Shown: positions 39,585-49,471 of the stretch, piece after piece | Layout of the letters: each line of letters starts with the position of its first letter | How positions within the stretch are numbered: the stretch's first letter is position 1 | Origin: Alcaligenaceae bacterium | GTDB taxonomy: Bacteria > Pseudomonadota > Gammaproteobacteria > Burkholderiales > Burkholderiaceae_B | Assembly: GCA_002737415.1 (NCBI GenBank) | Contig: NSIQ01000026.1 | Coordinates: forward strand, 116,120 to 180,119 | Length of the DNA stretch: 64,000 nt | Direction of reading: 5' to 3' | Notes under the pieces: generated by a model | The model's database searches: none | Seen by the model: the letters and a program-made list of their open reading frames with translations, nothing else | What the model was told of the DNA's origin: nothing | Position numbers and translations under genes: made by a program

Positions 39585-40751
39585 ATGCAACACAGCCGCG
39601 AACGAATACTAACCACCCATACCGGAAGCCTGCCCCGACCCGCAGAGCTCGTGCAACTGTATGCCCGACGTGCAAATGGCGAGCCTATCGACGAGGCGTT
39701 GCTCGCGTCTGCCGGGCACCAGGCCATGCAAGAGAGTGTCGCGCGGCAGTTAGCGAATGGAATCGATATTGGCAATAACGGCGAGCAGCAACGCGAGGGT
39801 TTCTTTTTGTATGTGCAACGACGCATGTCTGGTTTTTCAGGCAGCTGGAAGCGCTGGTCGCGCGGTGACGTTGAGCGCTATCCAGAATTTAAGCAAATGA
39901 TGGCTGTGCAGGCTGGCGACAAAGTCGCTGTTAGTAATTTCTTGCCTCCACGTGTCACGGGTGAGGTTCGTTATATCGACCCTGCGCTCGCCGCCTCTGA
40001 GGCTATCGATTTCAAGACTGAGCTTGCCGGGCGTCAAACAAAGTTCACTGAGGCTTTTTTAACAGCCCCGTCGCCAGGCATCATTGCCTCTGCCTGCAAA
40101 AACGAACACTACGACACCGAAGAGTCCTACCTCGCGGCGCTTTCCGAAGCTCTGCGGTTGGAATACGAGGCCATTGTCAATAACGGCTTCATCTTACAAA
40201 TTGATTGTCCCGATCTTGCGCTTGAACGTCACGTCTCATATCACGAGGAATCTGACGCAAAATTTATAGGTTTCATTGAACGTGTCGTCAGCGCCATCAA
40301 TACCGCGCTTAGAAATATCCCGCGTGAGCGAGTGCGCATGCACGTGTGCTGGGGCAATTACGAAGGCCCGCACGATTGCGATGTCCCTCTGCGAAAAATC
40401 TGGCCCGTGATCAGCCAGACCAACGTTGGGGGGTTCGTGTTGCCCTTTGCAAATGCCCGACATGCTCACGAAATGAAAGTGCTGCGCGAGCGACCCTTAG
40501 CAGACGATCAAATCATCGTTGCGGGTGTCATCGATGTACTGACTAATTTTATTGAGCACCCTGAAGTCGTGGCCGAGCGGCTAGAGCGTTGTGCTGCCGA
40601 GGTCGGCGACCCGACGCGCGTACTCGCTGGAACTGACTGTGGGTTCGATACCTCAGCAGGAATGGGGCGGGTGGCCACCGATGTGGTCTGGGCCAAACTG
40701 CGCACCCTGGCCGAAGGCGCGCGCCTTGCGAGTGAGCGATTAATCAAATAA
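39585..40751 (+). CDS. Cobalamin-independent methionine synthase II family protein (single-barrel MetE-like Zn enzyme)
   Basis: ILTTHTGSLPRP, LQIDCPDL, HVCWGN and TDCGF motifs. Confidence 0.85.
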   Translation: MQHSRERILTTHTGSLPRPAELVQLYARRANGEPIDEALLASAGHQAMQESVARQLANGIDIGNNGEQQREGFFLYVQRRMSGFSGSWKRWSRGDVERYPEFKQMMAVQAGDKVAVSNFLPPRVTGEVRYIDPALAASEAIDFKTELAGRQTKFTEAFLTAPSPGIIASACKNEHYDTEESYLAALSEALRLEYEAIVNNGFILQIDCPDLALERHVSYHEESDAKFIGFIERVVSAINTALRNIPRERVRMHVCWGNYEGPHDCDVPLRKIWPVISQTNVGGFVLPFANARHAHEMKVLRERPLADDQIIVAGVIDVLTNFIEHPEVVAERLERCAAEVGDPTRVLAGTDCGFDTSAGMGRVATDVVWAKLRTLAEGARLASERLIK

Positions 40752-40764
40752 TTAAAGCAGAGCT

Positions 40765-40790
40765 GTGAGCGTTCTCTGGCGAACGCTCAC
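40765..40790. terminator. Hairpin between convergent genes (possible terminator)
   Basis: GTGAGCGTTC-TCTGGC-GAACGCTCAC; no U-tract. Confidence 0.35.
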
Positions 40791-40838
40791 CCTTCGGCCG
40801 GCAACCCGATACGATCGCTTCAAGCCAGCGGTCATCCG

Positions 40839-41843
40839 TTAATCGACAGTCGCGCCAGACGCTTTGACAATCTCGCCCCATTTGACGATGTCTCCATCGA
40901 GTCGCACCTTAAATTGCGCAGGCGTGTCAAAGGCCAATTCAAGCCCAAGGTCGGTCAGTTTTTTCTGTACCGCGGGTTTTTTCATTACCGCAGCGGTGCC
41001 TTGATAAATCTTCGCCACGACGTCGGGCGCGGTGCCCGCGATTGCAAACAACCCTACCCAAAGCTCACCAGAGAATGCCGGGATCTGTTCGATCATTGCG
41101 GGTACTTCGGGCAAAGACGGCGAGCGCGTCGCCGTACTGACTCCGAGCGCACGTAACTGACCCTGACGGATATTACTCAAAGCCGAAGGAAGACTTGCAA
41201 AAGCAATTGGCACCTGACCGCCCAAAACGTCGGCCATGGCAGGGGCGACCCCCTTGTAGGGAATGTGTTCCATTTTGTAGCCACCCTTTTGATCCATCAT
41301 GACGCCAAGCAAATGATTCACCGTACCGTTACCAGCCGAGGCGTACTGATATTTTCCGGGGTTCGCCTTAATCAACGCTAAAAATTCAGCAAGAGTTTTT
41401 GCGGGAAACGAGGGGTGCACAACCAGAACATTCGACACGCTGCCAATCATAGTGATCGGAATAAAATCCTTAACTGGGTCAAAGCCGACATTTTTGTACA
41501 GTGCTGGATTAATCGCCTGCGTGCTGTTGACGGTCATCAACAGCGTATAGCCGTCTGGGGCAGCAGATTTGGTCTGAATCGTACCAATATTGCCACCCGC
41601 CCCGGGTTTATTCACCAGCACGACCGACTGCTTGAATTCTTCGGCAAGTTCTAGCGCAATGATCCGCCCAACAATATCGTTAGTGCCGCCCGTTGCGTTG
41701 GGTACAACCATGGTGAGAGAGCGATTCGGATAAGCTGTGGCGCTCTGCGCCGCACTCGATTGAACACCAACGCTGAAAGCCATCGCTGCAAGCAGGCCTA
41801 GCGTTTTGATTCGAAACCCAAATCGCGAGTTATGTTTTACCAT
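40839..41843 (-). CDS. Bug/TctC substrate-binding protein
   Basis: YPNRSLTMVVP, PDGYTLL and HIPYKG motifs. Confidence 0.9.
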   Translation of the reverse strand: MVKHNSRFGFRIKTLGLLAAMAFSVGVQSSAAQSATAYPNRSLTMVVPNATGGTNDIVGRIIALELAEEFKQSVVLVNKPGAGGNIGTIQTKSAAPDGYTLLMTVNSTQAINPALYKNVGFDPVKDFIPITMIGSVSNVLVVHPSFPAKTLAEFLALIKANPGKYQYASAGNGTVNHLLGVMMDQKGGYKMEHIPYKGVAPAMADVLGGQVPIAFASLPSALSNIRQGQLRALGVSTATRSPSLPEVPAMIEQIPAFSGELWVGLFAIAGTAPDVVAKIYQGTAAVMKKPAVQKKLTDLGLELAFDTPAQFKVRLDGDIVKWGEIVKASGATVD

Positions 41844-41930
41844 TAGGATTCTCCTAGTTGTAATCGTTCTATTGTGCCAAACTATAAACTATTGGGTCGG
41901 ATCGCGACCGTGAATTTTGGATAAACAACG

Positions 41931-42515
41931 ATGTCGCAAGTGCCAAGAAGATTAATCGTCGCAATCACGGGGGCGTCAGGCACTGCCTATGGTGTGCGCC
42001 TGCTGCAGGTGTTGAAGGCGACCGATATCGAAACGCACCTCGTTTTGACTGACTCGGCCAAAGTGACGATGGCCGCTGAGACCGACTTTAATCCTGCTCA
42101 GGTTCAGGCACTTGCCGCTGTCGTGCATTCAGCAAAAAACGTCGGTGCCACGATCGCCTCTGGTTCGTTTGTCACCCTGGGTATGGTCGTGGCCCCCTGC
42201 TCGGTAAACACTTTGTCCGAAATCGCCTGGGGGATCACAGGGAATTTAATTTCGCGTGCGGCCGATGTCGTGCTCAAAGAGCGCCGTCGCCTCGTATTGC
42301 TTACACGCGAAACGCCATTGCATGCGGGGCACTTAAAATCGATGTTGCAAGTCACCCAGAACGGCGCAATTGTCATGCCGCCGGTGCCTGCGCTTTACAT
42401 CAAACCTCAATCGGTCGATGAGTTAATTGATCACACGGTAGGGCGCGTGTTGGATTTATTCGGCTTAGAAACCGACCTTGTGAAACGATGGAACGGTTTG
42501 CGTAGGCCACAGTGA
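41931..42515 (+). CDS. ubiX: Flavin prenyltransferase
   Basis: ITGASG, IASGSF, APCS, RAADVVLKERR and RETP motifs. Confidence 0.92.
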   Translation: MSQVPRRLIVAITGASGTAYGVRLLQVLKATDIETHLVLTDSAKVTMAAETDFNPAQVQALAAVVHSAKNVGATIASGSFVTLGMVVAPCSVNTLSEIAWGITGNLISRAADVVLKERRRLVLLTRETPLHAGHLKSMLQVTQNGAIVMPPVPALYIKPQSVDELIDHTVGRVLDLFGLETDLVKRWNGLRRPQ

Positions 42516-42793
42516 TGCAACTTTTTGTGTACTACAAGTTTTTAGAGGAAGAACAGGCCGACGTTAAGCAGCGTGTCCAGGCGATGCAAGCCAAGCTGCA
42601 GCAAAGGTTTCCGCAACTGCTTGTTCAACTGATGAAGCGACCCAAAATCGACGAGCTTGGCTTAGTGACCTGGATGGAAACCTACGACCTCTCGCAAATC
42701 GTTTTTGAAGACTTTAAACACGAACTCGATCGTTACTCCCTTGAACTGGCTCTACCGCAACCCCGGCGCAACGAACAGTTTGTGAATTGTTAA
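42512..42793 (+). CDS. DUF4936-like small protein
   Basis: LFVYYK...TWMETY...RRNEQF pattern; start overlaps the ubiX stop. Confidence 0.65.
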   Translation: MMQLFVYYKFLEEEQADVKQRVQAMQAKLQQRFPQLLVQLMKRPKIDELGLVTWMETYDLSQIVFEDFKHELDRYSLELALPQPRRNEQFVNC

Positions 42794-42795
42794 AC

Positions 42796-43776
42796 ATGGC
42801 CTATCTCATGAATAAAAAAAATATCGGCTTCGCGTGTATTTTTCTGTTAAGCCAAATGGTTTTCGGTCAAGAGGCCCTCGCACAATATCCACTGCGCACG
42901 ATAAAAATTTTAGTGGGTTTTGCCGCAGGTGGTCCGACCGACAGTTCGGCGCGTGCGCTGGCCGAGGGCATGACCAAAGCGCTCGGTCAACAAGTCTTAA
43001 TCGAAAATCGGCCCGGTGCAAATGCTCAAATAGCAGCGATTGAGTTAATCAAAAGCCCAGCGGACGGATACACCTTGATGCTGGCCTCAAACGGAACGCT
43101 CTCTGTGGCTGGCGCTCGTTACGCAAAATTGTCTTACGATGTCGAACGAGATTTTGTTCCGATCGGCTCTGTTGCGGGCTACCCGCACGTCTTGGTTGTG
43201 CCACCAGAAAGTCCGGCTGACAATCTTGAGGCGCTTATACGCTTAGCTAAAGCCTCGCCAAAAGGGTTAACCGCAGCCGTCACGGGGCATGCAAACGAGT
43301 TAACCGTTGAATGGTTAAAAAAAGAAGCAAATATTGAACTGACTTCAGTGATTTACAAGGGTGCGTCTGCCGTCATTAATGATTTGGTCGCTGGCAGAGT
43401 GGATATGGCGCTACTCGCACCCAATGTCGTTACCCCAATGCTAGGATCAAAACGTATGAAAGCGATTGCAGTGACGGGCGCTAATCCTGCCTCTGACTTA
43501 CCTGGCGTGGCAACAATGATGGCCTCTGGACTGCCAAGTTTTGAACTTAATATCTGGAATGGTTTGGTGGCTCCGGCAGGAACGAGCCCAAGCATTATCC
43601 AGACACTCAATGCGGCTCTCAGGCAGACGCTAGAGCTACCTGAGTTTCAAAAAAATCTGGCGCTTTCAGGACAATATGCGATTATCGATACGCCCGCCGA
43701 ATTTAAACGTAAGTACGAGAAAGAGGGGGCCCACTGGAAAAAAATTGCGACCGAGGCGAAGCTGCCTTTGCTTTAA
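42796..43776 (+). CDS. Bug/TctC substrate-binding protein
   Basis: YPLRTIKILVGFAAGG, ENRPGA and ADGYTL motifs. Confidence 0.88.
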   Translation: MAYLMNKKNIGFACIFLLSQMVFGQEALAQYPLRTIKILVGFAAGGPTDSSARALAEGMTKALGQQVLIENRPGANAQIAAIELIKSPADGYTLMLASNGTLSVAGARYAKLSYDVERDFVPIGSVAGYPHVLVVPPESPADNLEALIRLAKASPKGLTAAVTGHANELTVEWLKKEANIELTSVIYKGASAVINDLVAGRVDMALLAPNVVTPMLGSKRMKAIAVTGANPASDLPGVATMMASGLPSFELNIWNGLVAPAGTSPSIIQTLNAALRQTLELPEFQKNLALSGQYAIIDTPAEFKRKYEKEGAHWKKIATEAKLPLL

Positions 43777-43820
43777 CGCGGACTGCCTCGTCTGGCAATT
43801 TTTATACAGAGCTCAGTCGT

Positions 43821-44909
43821 TCAATAAAACGCTTTCTCGTCCAGCGACAACAGAGGAAACGCACTTAACGCATCGTTAGGACTTAAAGGCGCAACGGCTT
43901 GCAGGTAGCTTGAGTTAAGTTCAGCCAGTGAATTCACGCCGATCAGACCCATGCAGATCTTGATTTCGTCTTCTAAAATTTCGAGTAATCTGACCACGCC
44001 AGCCGCGCCGTCTGCAGCCAGACCGATACATTGCATACGGCCCATACCAACCATGTGGGCACCGGCTGCAATCGCTTTCACGATATCAGAGCCGCGGTTA
44101 AAGCTACCGTCCACAATAACGGTAGCGCGACCGTTGACTGCCTTCACAACTTCCGGCAGTACAGCCATTGAGCCGAGACAGTGATCGAGTTGGCGCCCGC
44201 CATGGTTTGACACGTACACCATATCCACACCATGATCGACCGCCATGGCGGCATCTTCGGCAGTTGCGATACCCTTAAGAATAAGTGGAATCTTAAGTTT
44301 AGTTTTTAAGCGCTCGACATCCTTCCAAGTGAGCTTGGGCTGAAATTCACGTCCGGGGACGGCCAACCGGCGGATGTTGCGCTTGGCTTGATCGCGTTCG
44401 CGACGACTGTAGTGGGCAGTATCAACCGTCAGACAAAAAGCGCCGTTACCCGCAGCTTCAGTACGCGCCGCGATCGCATCCACCCAGGCAGCATCGCCAT
44501 GTACATACAATTGAAATAGTCGCAACGCGTTTGGAGCGGCTTGCGCCACCGCCTCGATGCCCGGTTGACAGACTGAACTGAGCATATGAGCAATGCCAAA
44601 CTCTTGGGCTGCCTGCGCCGAAGCAGCACCGGCGCCTTGCGTAAACAACTCAAGACTGCCCACAGGCGCGAGCAAGAGCGGCAAGCGTAAGTCGTGCCCT
44701 AAAAAATTCGTACGCGCGCTCACATGACTGACGTCGCGTAACACGCGTGGCCGAAAAGCCAGCGCATCAATCGAGGCACGATTACGACGCAGCGTCGTTT
44801 CGGTCTCGGTGCCCCCAATTATGTAATCCCAATTGTCGTGGTTGAGTTTTTGACGGGCCTTTTGAACAAGTTCGTGGAGCGTTAAAAAACGCGGTTCTGC
44901 TGAAGACAT
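43821..44909 (-). CDS. FMN-dependent alpha-hydroxy acid oxidase/dehydrogenase
   Basis: FRPRVLRDVS, LTVD, LKGI and VSNHGGRQLD motifs. Confidence 0.92.
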   Translation of the reverse strand: MSSAEPRFLTLHELVQKARQKLNHDNWDYIIGGTETETTLRRNRASIDALAFRPRVLRDVSHVSARTNFLGHDLRLPLLLAPVGSLELFTQGAGAASAQAAQEFGIAHMLSSVCQPGIEAVAQAAPNALRLFQLYVHGDAAWVDAIAARTEAAGNGAFCLTVDTAHYSRRERDQAKRNIRRLAVPGREFQPKLTWKDVERLKTKLKIPLILKGIATAEDAAMAVDHGVDMVYVSNHGGRQLDHCLGSMAVLPEVVKAVNGRATVIVDGSFNRGSDIVKAIAAGAHMVGMGRMQCIGLAADGAAGVVRLLEILEDEIKICMGLIGVNSLAELNSSYLQAVAPLSPNDALSAFPLLSLDEKAFY

Positions 44910-44962
44910 ATGGATGACGGTGCTCGAATTTAAAGTGAAAGAAAGATAGCCAATAATTTAGT

Positions 44963-45934
44963 TTATTCAGTTGCTTTGATATTCGCCTGCTGGGCGATAG
45001 ACTTCCATTTTTTCATCTCTGCGTAGACAAACTCGCTCCAGGGCCCAGCACCGCGTGGATCGGGTACCATCCCTTTATCGATAATGTTTTTTTGCATGAT
45101 GGGATCAGCAAGTATTTTTGATACGCTAGTACTGATTTTTTGAACAATCGCAGTCGGCGTTCCTTTTGGAAGAATCAGGCCGGTCCAGCCGGCGCCTTCA
45201 AACCCTGGATAGCCTGACTCAGCGATCGTAGGTAGGTTGGGCAGCTGAGGCACCCGCTCTAGGGTTGCAATGGCTAAGGCTTTTAGCTTGCCCGATTTAA
45301 CGTGTGGCAGGGTAGCCGCCATGCTGTCCACCAAAATAGAAATTTGTCCGCCTAATAAGTCGGTGACTGCGCTTGCGCTGCCCTTGTAGTTGATGCCCAC
45401 CATATCGACTTTTGCGGTGGACTTAAATAGTTCGCCAGTTAAGTGCTGGGTATTATTGACGCCACCGTAGCCGACGTTAAATTTACCAGGGGATTGTTTA
45501 GCGGCTGTCACTAACTCTTGTATGGTGTTGTACGGTAGCGCTGCACTGACTACGATAATCATTGGGGCAATCGCCAGACCACCAACGTAAATAAAATCTT
45601 TTGAAACATCGTAGGGTAGCTTGTCAAATACAGCTGGGTTAACCGCCAAGACGCCACTCGTACCCATCGTCATCGTGTAGCCGTCGGGGGCGGCCGTGCT
45701 GCCCGCCACCATGCCGGGAACGCCGTTCTTATTTTCAACAATCACCTGCTGTCCCCAGGCGTTCGTAAGCTTTTCTGCTATGAGCCTAGCTATGATGTCT
45801 GTCGCCTGTCCAGGCGGAAACGGAACAATTAGCTTGACTGGTTTTTCCGGAAATGGTGTTTGTGCACCCGCGGCGGCGGTGAAAACAGCGCAAATCAGGC
45901 CAAATGCGAGCGTTGAAAATATTTTTAAAGGCAT
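44963..45934 (-). CDS. Bug/TctC substrate-binding protein (tandem paralog A)
   Basis: FPEKPVKLIVPFPPG and PDGYT motifs; nearly collinear with the neighbouring gene. Confidence 0.9.
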   Translation of the reverse strand: MPLKIFSTLAFGLICAVFTAAAGAQTPFPEKPVKLIVPFPPGQATDIIARLIAEKLTNAWGQQVIVENKNGVPGMVAGSTAAPDGYTMTMGTSGVLAVNPAVFDKLPYDVSKDFIYVGGLAIAPMIIVVSAALPYNTIQELVTAAKQSPGKFNVGYGGVNNTQHLTGELFKSTAKVDMVGINYKGSASAVTDLLGGQISILVDSMAATLPHVKSGKLKALAIATLERVPQLPNLPTIAESGYPGFEGAGWTGLILPKGTPTAIVQKISTSVSKILADPIMQKNIIDKGMVPDPRGAGPWSEFVYAEMKKWKSIAQQANIKATE

Positions 45935-45970
45935 TCGTTTGAATCCGATTTTAGTGAAACCGAAATAAGT

Positions 45971-46942
45971 TTATTCAGTTGCTTTGATATTCGCCTGCTG
46001 GGCAGCTGCTTTCCATTTTTTCATTTCGGCGAAGGCGAACTCGCTCCAGGGGCCAGGGCCGCGGGGGTCGGGCACCATCCCTTTATCGATAATATTTTTT
46101 TGCATGACCGGATCGGCAAGTATTTTCGACACGTCAGCGCTTATTTTTTGAACGACGGCAGACGGTGTGCCTTTTGGCACCACCAAGCCCTGCCAGCCGA
46201 CACCCTCAAAGCCGGGATAACCCGACTCGGCCACCGTTGGCAGGTTAGGCAACTGAGGAACGCGTTCTAGAGTCGTGATGGCGAGCGGCTTTAGTTTGCC
46301 GGCCCTAATATGCGGCAAGGCGACGGCCATGCTGTCAACCAAGATAGAAATCTGTCCGCCTAATAGATCGGTGATTGCGCTTGCGCTGCCTTTGTAATTC
46401 ACCCCAACCATATTCACGCCCGTAGTGGCTTTGAACAGTTCGCCGGTTAAATGTTGCGTGTTGTTGACCCCGCCGTAGCCCACATTAAACTTACCAGGCT
46501 CTTTTTTGGCTGCGGCAATCAATTCTTGCACGGTGTTGTACGGAAATTCGGCGCTCACGACAACGATCATGGGCGTAATGGCGAGCCCTCCCACATAGAT
46601 AAAGTCTTTTGTGACGTCGTACGGAAGCTTGGCAAAGACGGCAGGGTTAACCGCCAAAACACCACTCGTACCCATCGTCATCGTGTAACCGTCGGGGGCG
46701 GCAGTGCTACCCGCCACCATACCAGGCACGCCGGTTTTATTCTCGACAATCACCTGGTGACCCCAGGCAAGGGTCAGCTTTTCTGCGATCATCCGAGCGA
46801 TCATATCAGTGGCTTGCCCAGGAGGAAACGGTACGATTAATTTAACGGGCTTGTCTGGATAATTTGCTTGCGCTTGAGCTTGTAGGGTGGAAGTCAGACA
46901 TAGCACCGTCAGCAGCAGTGTTGCAATTTTTTTAACGTTCAT
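45971..46942 (-). CDS. Bug/TctC substrate-binding protein (tandem paralog B)
   Basis: YPDKPVKLIVPFPPG motif; start placed at MNVKK. Confidence 0.9.
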   Translation of the reverse strand: MNVKKIATLLLTVLCLTSTLQAQAQANYPDKPVKLIVPFPPGQATDMIARMIAEKLTLAWGHQVIVENKTGVPGMVAGSTAAPDGYTMTMGTSGVLAVNPAVFAKLPYDVTKDFIYVGGLAITPMIVVVSAEFPYNTVQELIAAAKKEPGKFNVGYGGVNNTQHLTGELFKATTGVNMVGVNYKGSASAITDLLGGQISILVDSMAVALPHIRAGKLKPLAITTLERVPQLPNLPTVAESGYPGFEGVGWQGLVVPKGTPSAVVQKISADVSKILADPVMQKNIIDKGMVPDPRGPGPWSEFAFAEMKKWKAAAQQANIKATE

Positions 46943-47098
46943 CAGATTCTCTTTTTCTCTTAAAGCGCGACAGAGCAAGTCAAGCAGCTGCTGCCGCAGT
47001 TGTTTTACGGTATCTCTAGTTTAGTTTTATACAATAAGTTAACGTTAAGTTAGGCTTCAGGATCGTAATTGTCAACTGGCACACGAACCAGGGCTTAG

Positions 47099-48022
47099 TT
47101 AGCGGCTCAGTATTTCTTCAAGCGCCTCGGGTGTGCAGCGCACATCGACCCCCGCCTGCTCTTGCGCTAAAAGCATCGCAACGCGAGAGTCCTTATCGCC
47201 CCAGCCGCGGCCAAGTGCCTCGGTCAGTTGTGCAAGCGCCAACTTGGCAAAGGGCATCTCAAACTCAACCTCGCAACCAAGATCATTGGCGAGAGTGACG
47301 TCTTTATGCGCCAACGTTAATGAGAATTTTGCGGGGTCATAATTACCGCTTAAAAAGTGCGTGGGTAGACCGTCAAAGGTTCGACGGCGCCCCACAGCGC
47401 CGCTGCGTAACGCCTTAAAAAGAGTGGGTGCTTCGACGCCGGCTTTCACGCCCATTGAAAATACCTCTGCAATCGCAGAGTTAAACATATACCCCATGCA
47501 GTTATGCACCAACTTCGCGACCGAGGCGGCGCCGATCGCGCCTAAAAACTGCACGTCGTCTGACATGCACGAAAGCACACTTTCGTACTTTTTAAATGCG
47601 ACTCCGTCGCCACTTGACCAGATCACCAATTTGCCGGAGGCTGCACCCGTTGGTCCGCCGCTGACGGGTGCGTCTAAAAAATACACGTCTTGCGCAGCTA
47701 ATTCAGCGTGTAATTGACGAATTAAACTTGGTGCGTTGGTTGAAAAATCAAACACGACGCTACCGGGGCAGAGACCGGTGCTAAGCCCCTGCGGCCCTGT
47801 CAGCACCTCTTGCACCTGAGCGGGCCCTGGCAAAGACAACAAGACGAGTTCGACTTGCTGGGCTAAAAGGGCAGGAGTCTCTGCCCACACGGCGCCTTGA
47901 GCGATCAGCGGTTGCGCACTGGCCCTAAGCTTCTCGTTCAACACCAAAGAATGCCCATTTTTGAGAAGATTCGCTGCCATGCGCGAGCCCATCGTACCTA
48001 AGCCAATAAAACCGATTTTCAT
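47099..48022 (-). CDS. 3-hydroxyisobutyrate dehydrogenase / beta-hydroxyacid dehydrogenase family
   Basis: MKIGFIGLGTMG, LDAPVSGG and KLVHN motifs. Confidence 0.9.
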   Translation of the reverse strand: MKIGFIGLGTMGSRMAANLLKNGHSLVLNEKLRASAQPLIAQGAVWAETPALLAQQVELVLLSLPGPAQVQEVLTGPQGLSTGLCPGSVVFDFSTNAPSLIRQLHAELAAQDVYFLDAPVSGGPTGAASGKLVIWSSGDGVAFKKYESVLSCMSDDVQFLGAIGAASVAKLVHNCMGYMFNSAIAEVFSMGVKAGVEAPTLFKALRSGAVGRRRTFDGLPTHFLSGNYDPAKFSLTLAHKDVTLANDLGCEVEFEMPFAKLALAQLTEALGRGWGDKDSRVAMLLAQEQAGVDVRCTPEALEEILSR

Positions 48023-48123
48023 GTTTATTTTCCAGTTATTTGTAGGAATTGTGATCAAGCCTGTCGCACTTGAGTAATATTTACCAAAATAACGATTATC
48101 AATCAAAAAATCAGGAGATTTCG

Positions 48124-48468
48124 ATGGTTACCGTCCCGACTTCAGCGCGGCGCGAGCGTTTACGCAAGACTGTTCCTAAGATGGTTGAGTGCGCAGAAAA
48201 AGTTTTGTATGGTGATATCTGGGAGCGTAAAGAGCTTTCAAAACGCGATCGCAGCATGATCACGATCGCCGCGCTACTCACGTCGTTCAGACCCGACCAA
48301 CTTCGGGTTCACATCACGCGGGGGTTAGAAAATGGACTTACACAGGAAGAGATCGGTGAATTGATTACACATTTGGCTTTTTATTCCGGCTGGGCCTCGT
48401 CAATGTCTGCGGCTCAGATTGCTTACGAAGTATTCGAGGAGTTAGAGAAGAATGAAACGATTAAATAA
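48124..48468 (+). CDS. Carboxymuconolactone decarboxylase family protein
   Basis: LYGDIWERKELSKRDRSMITIAAL and THLAFYSGW motifs; AGGAG RBS. Confidence 0.85.
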   Translation: MVTVPTSARRERLRKTVPKMVECAEKVLYGDIWERKELSKRDRSMITIAALLTSFRPDQLRVHITRGLENGLTQEEIGELITHLAFYSGWASSMSAAQIAYEVFEELEKNETIK

Positions 48469-49426
48469 GAGCTTACTGCTCGTTTTACTGATACCCTTGA
48501 GCATTTTATTTGTGCCTGCTCAGGCTCAGCCGTTTCCAAACAAGCCGCTCAAGATCGTAGTGGGGTTCCCGCCCGGCGGCGGTTCAGACCTGATGGCGCG
48601 AATCGTCGCCGAGAAGATGTCAGTGATGCTCAAGCAACCCGTGATCGTCGACAACAAGCCGGGTGCTGGCTCAACGATCGCGGCCACCTTTGTTTCTCGG
48701 GCTGCTCCGGATGGGTACACCATCTTGTTTGGTCAGGCTGCCAATATCGGCGTGGCACCCGCAATAATGAATACACTTACTTATGATTCGCTGAAAGACT
48801 TTGCGCCAATCACGCGCTTGGTATCGGCCCCGCTTGTGTTAGTGGGACCCGCCGATCTTCCGGCTAAAGACCTTAAAGAACTCATTGCACTCGCTGCAGC
48901 CAAGCCCAACGTGCTGAGTTATGGCTCGCCCGGATCAGGCACGGTTGGGCATCTTGCCGGGGCGATGTTCATGAACGAAGCTGAGGTCAAGGCGGTGCAT
49001 GTTCCATACAAGGGCCAGTCGTTGTTAATCACTGACATGATAGGCGGGCGTATCGCGATGTATTTCAGTACGATTGCAGTCGTCAAGCCTTATGTCGAAA
49101 GCGGCAAGATGCGCGCCTTTGGCGTGACTTCTGCAAAGCCGTCTGCGGCGTTTCCGGGGGTGCCAGCGATTGCCGACGCGGGGCTGCCAGGCTATGCGGT
49201 TGAAAACTGGTATGGTTTGTTGGCTCCTGCTGGTACGCCAGCTGGTGTGATTGACACGCTACAGCAGACGGTTAAGCAAATCTTATTGCTACCCGACGTG
49301 CAGCGCGACTTGACGAAAGAAGGCGGCGAGGTCGGCGGTGAAACCGCGAGTGAATTTGCTCAGTTTTTAGCCATCGACATTCCAAAGTGGAGAAAAATTG
49401 CCACCGATGCACAATTAACGCCTTGA
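48452..49426 (+). CDS. Bug/TctC substrate-binding protein
   Basis: FPNKPLKIVVGFPPGG, PDGYT and HVPYKG motifs. Confidence 0.9.
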   Translation: MKRLNKSLLLVLLIPLSILFVPAQAQPFPNKPLKIVVGFPPGGGSDLMARIVAEKMSVMLKQPVIVDNKPGAGSTIAATFVSRAAPDGYTILFGQAANIGVAPAIMNTLTYDSLKDFAPITRLVSAPLVLVGPADLPAKDLKELIALAAAKPNVLSYGSPGSGTVGHLAGAMFMNEAEVKAVHVPYKGQSLLITDMIGGRIAMYFSTIAVVKPYVESGKMRAFGVTSAKPSAAFPGVPAIADAGLPGYAVENWYGLLAPAGTPAGVIDTLQQTVKQILLLPDVQRDLTKEGGEVGGETASEFAQFLAIDIPKWRKIATDAQLTP

Positions 49427-49471
49427 CTCAGGGCAACTCCGGTACATTTTTTTAATGAGTGAGTTCACTTT

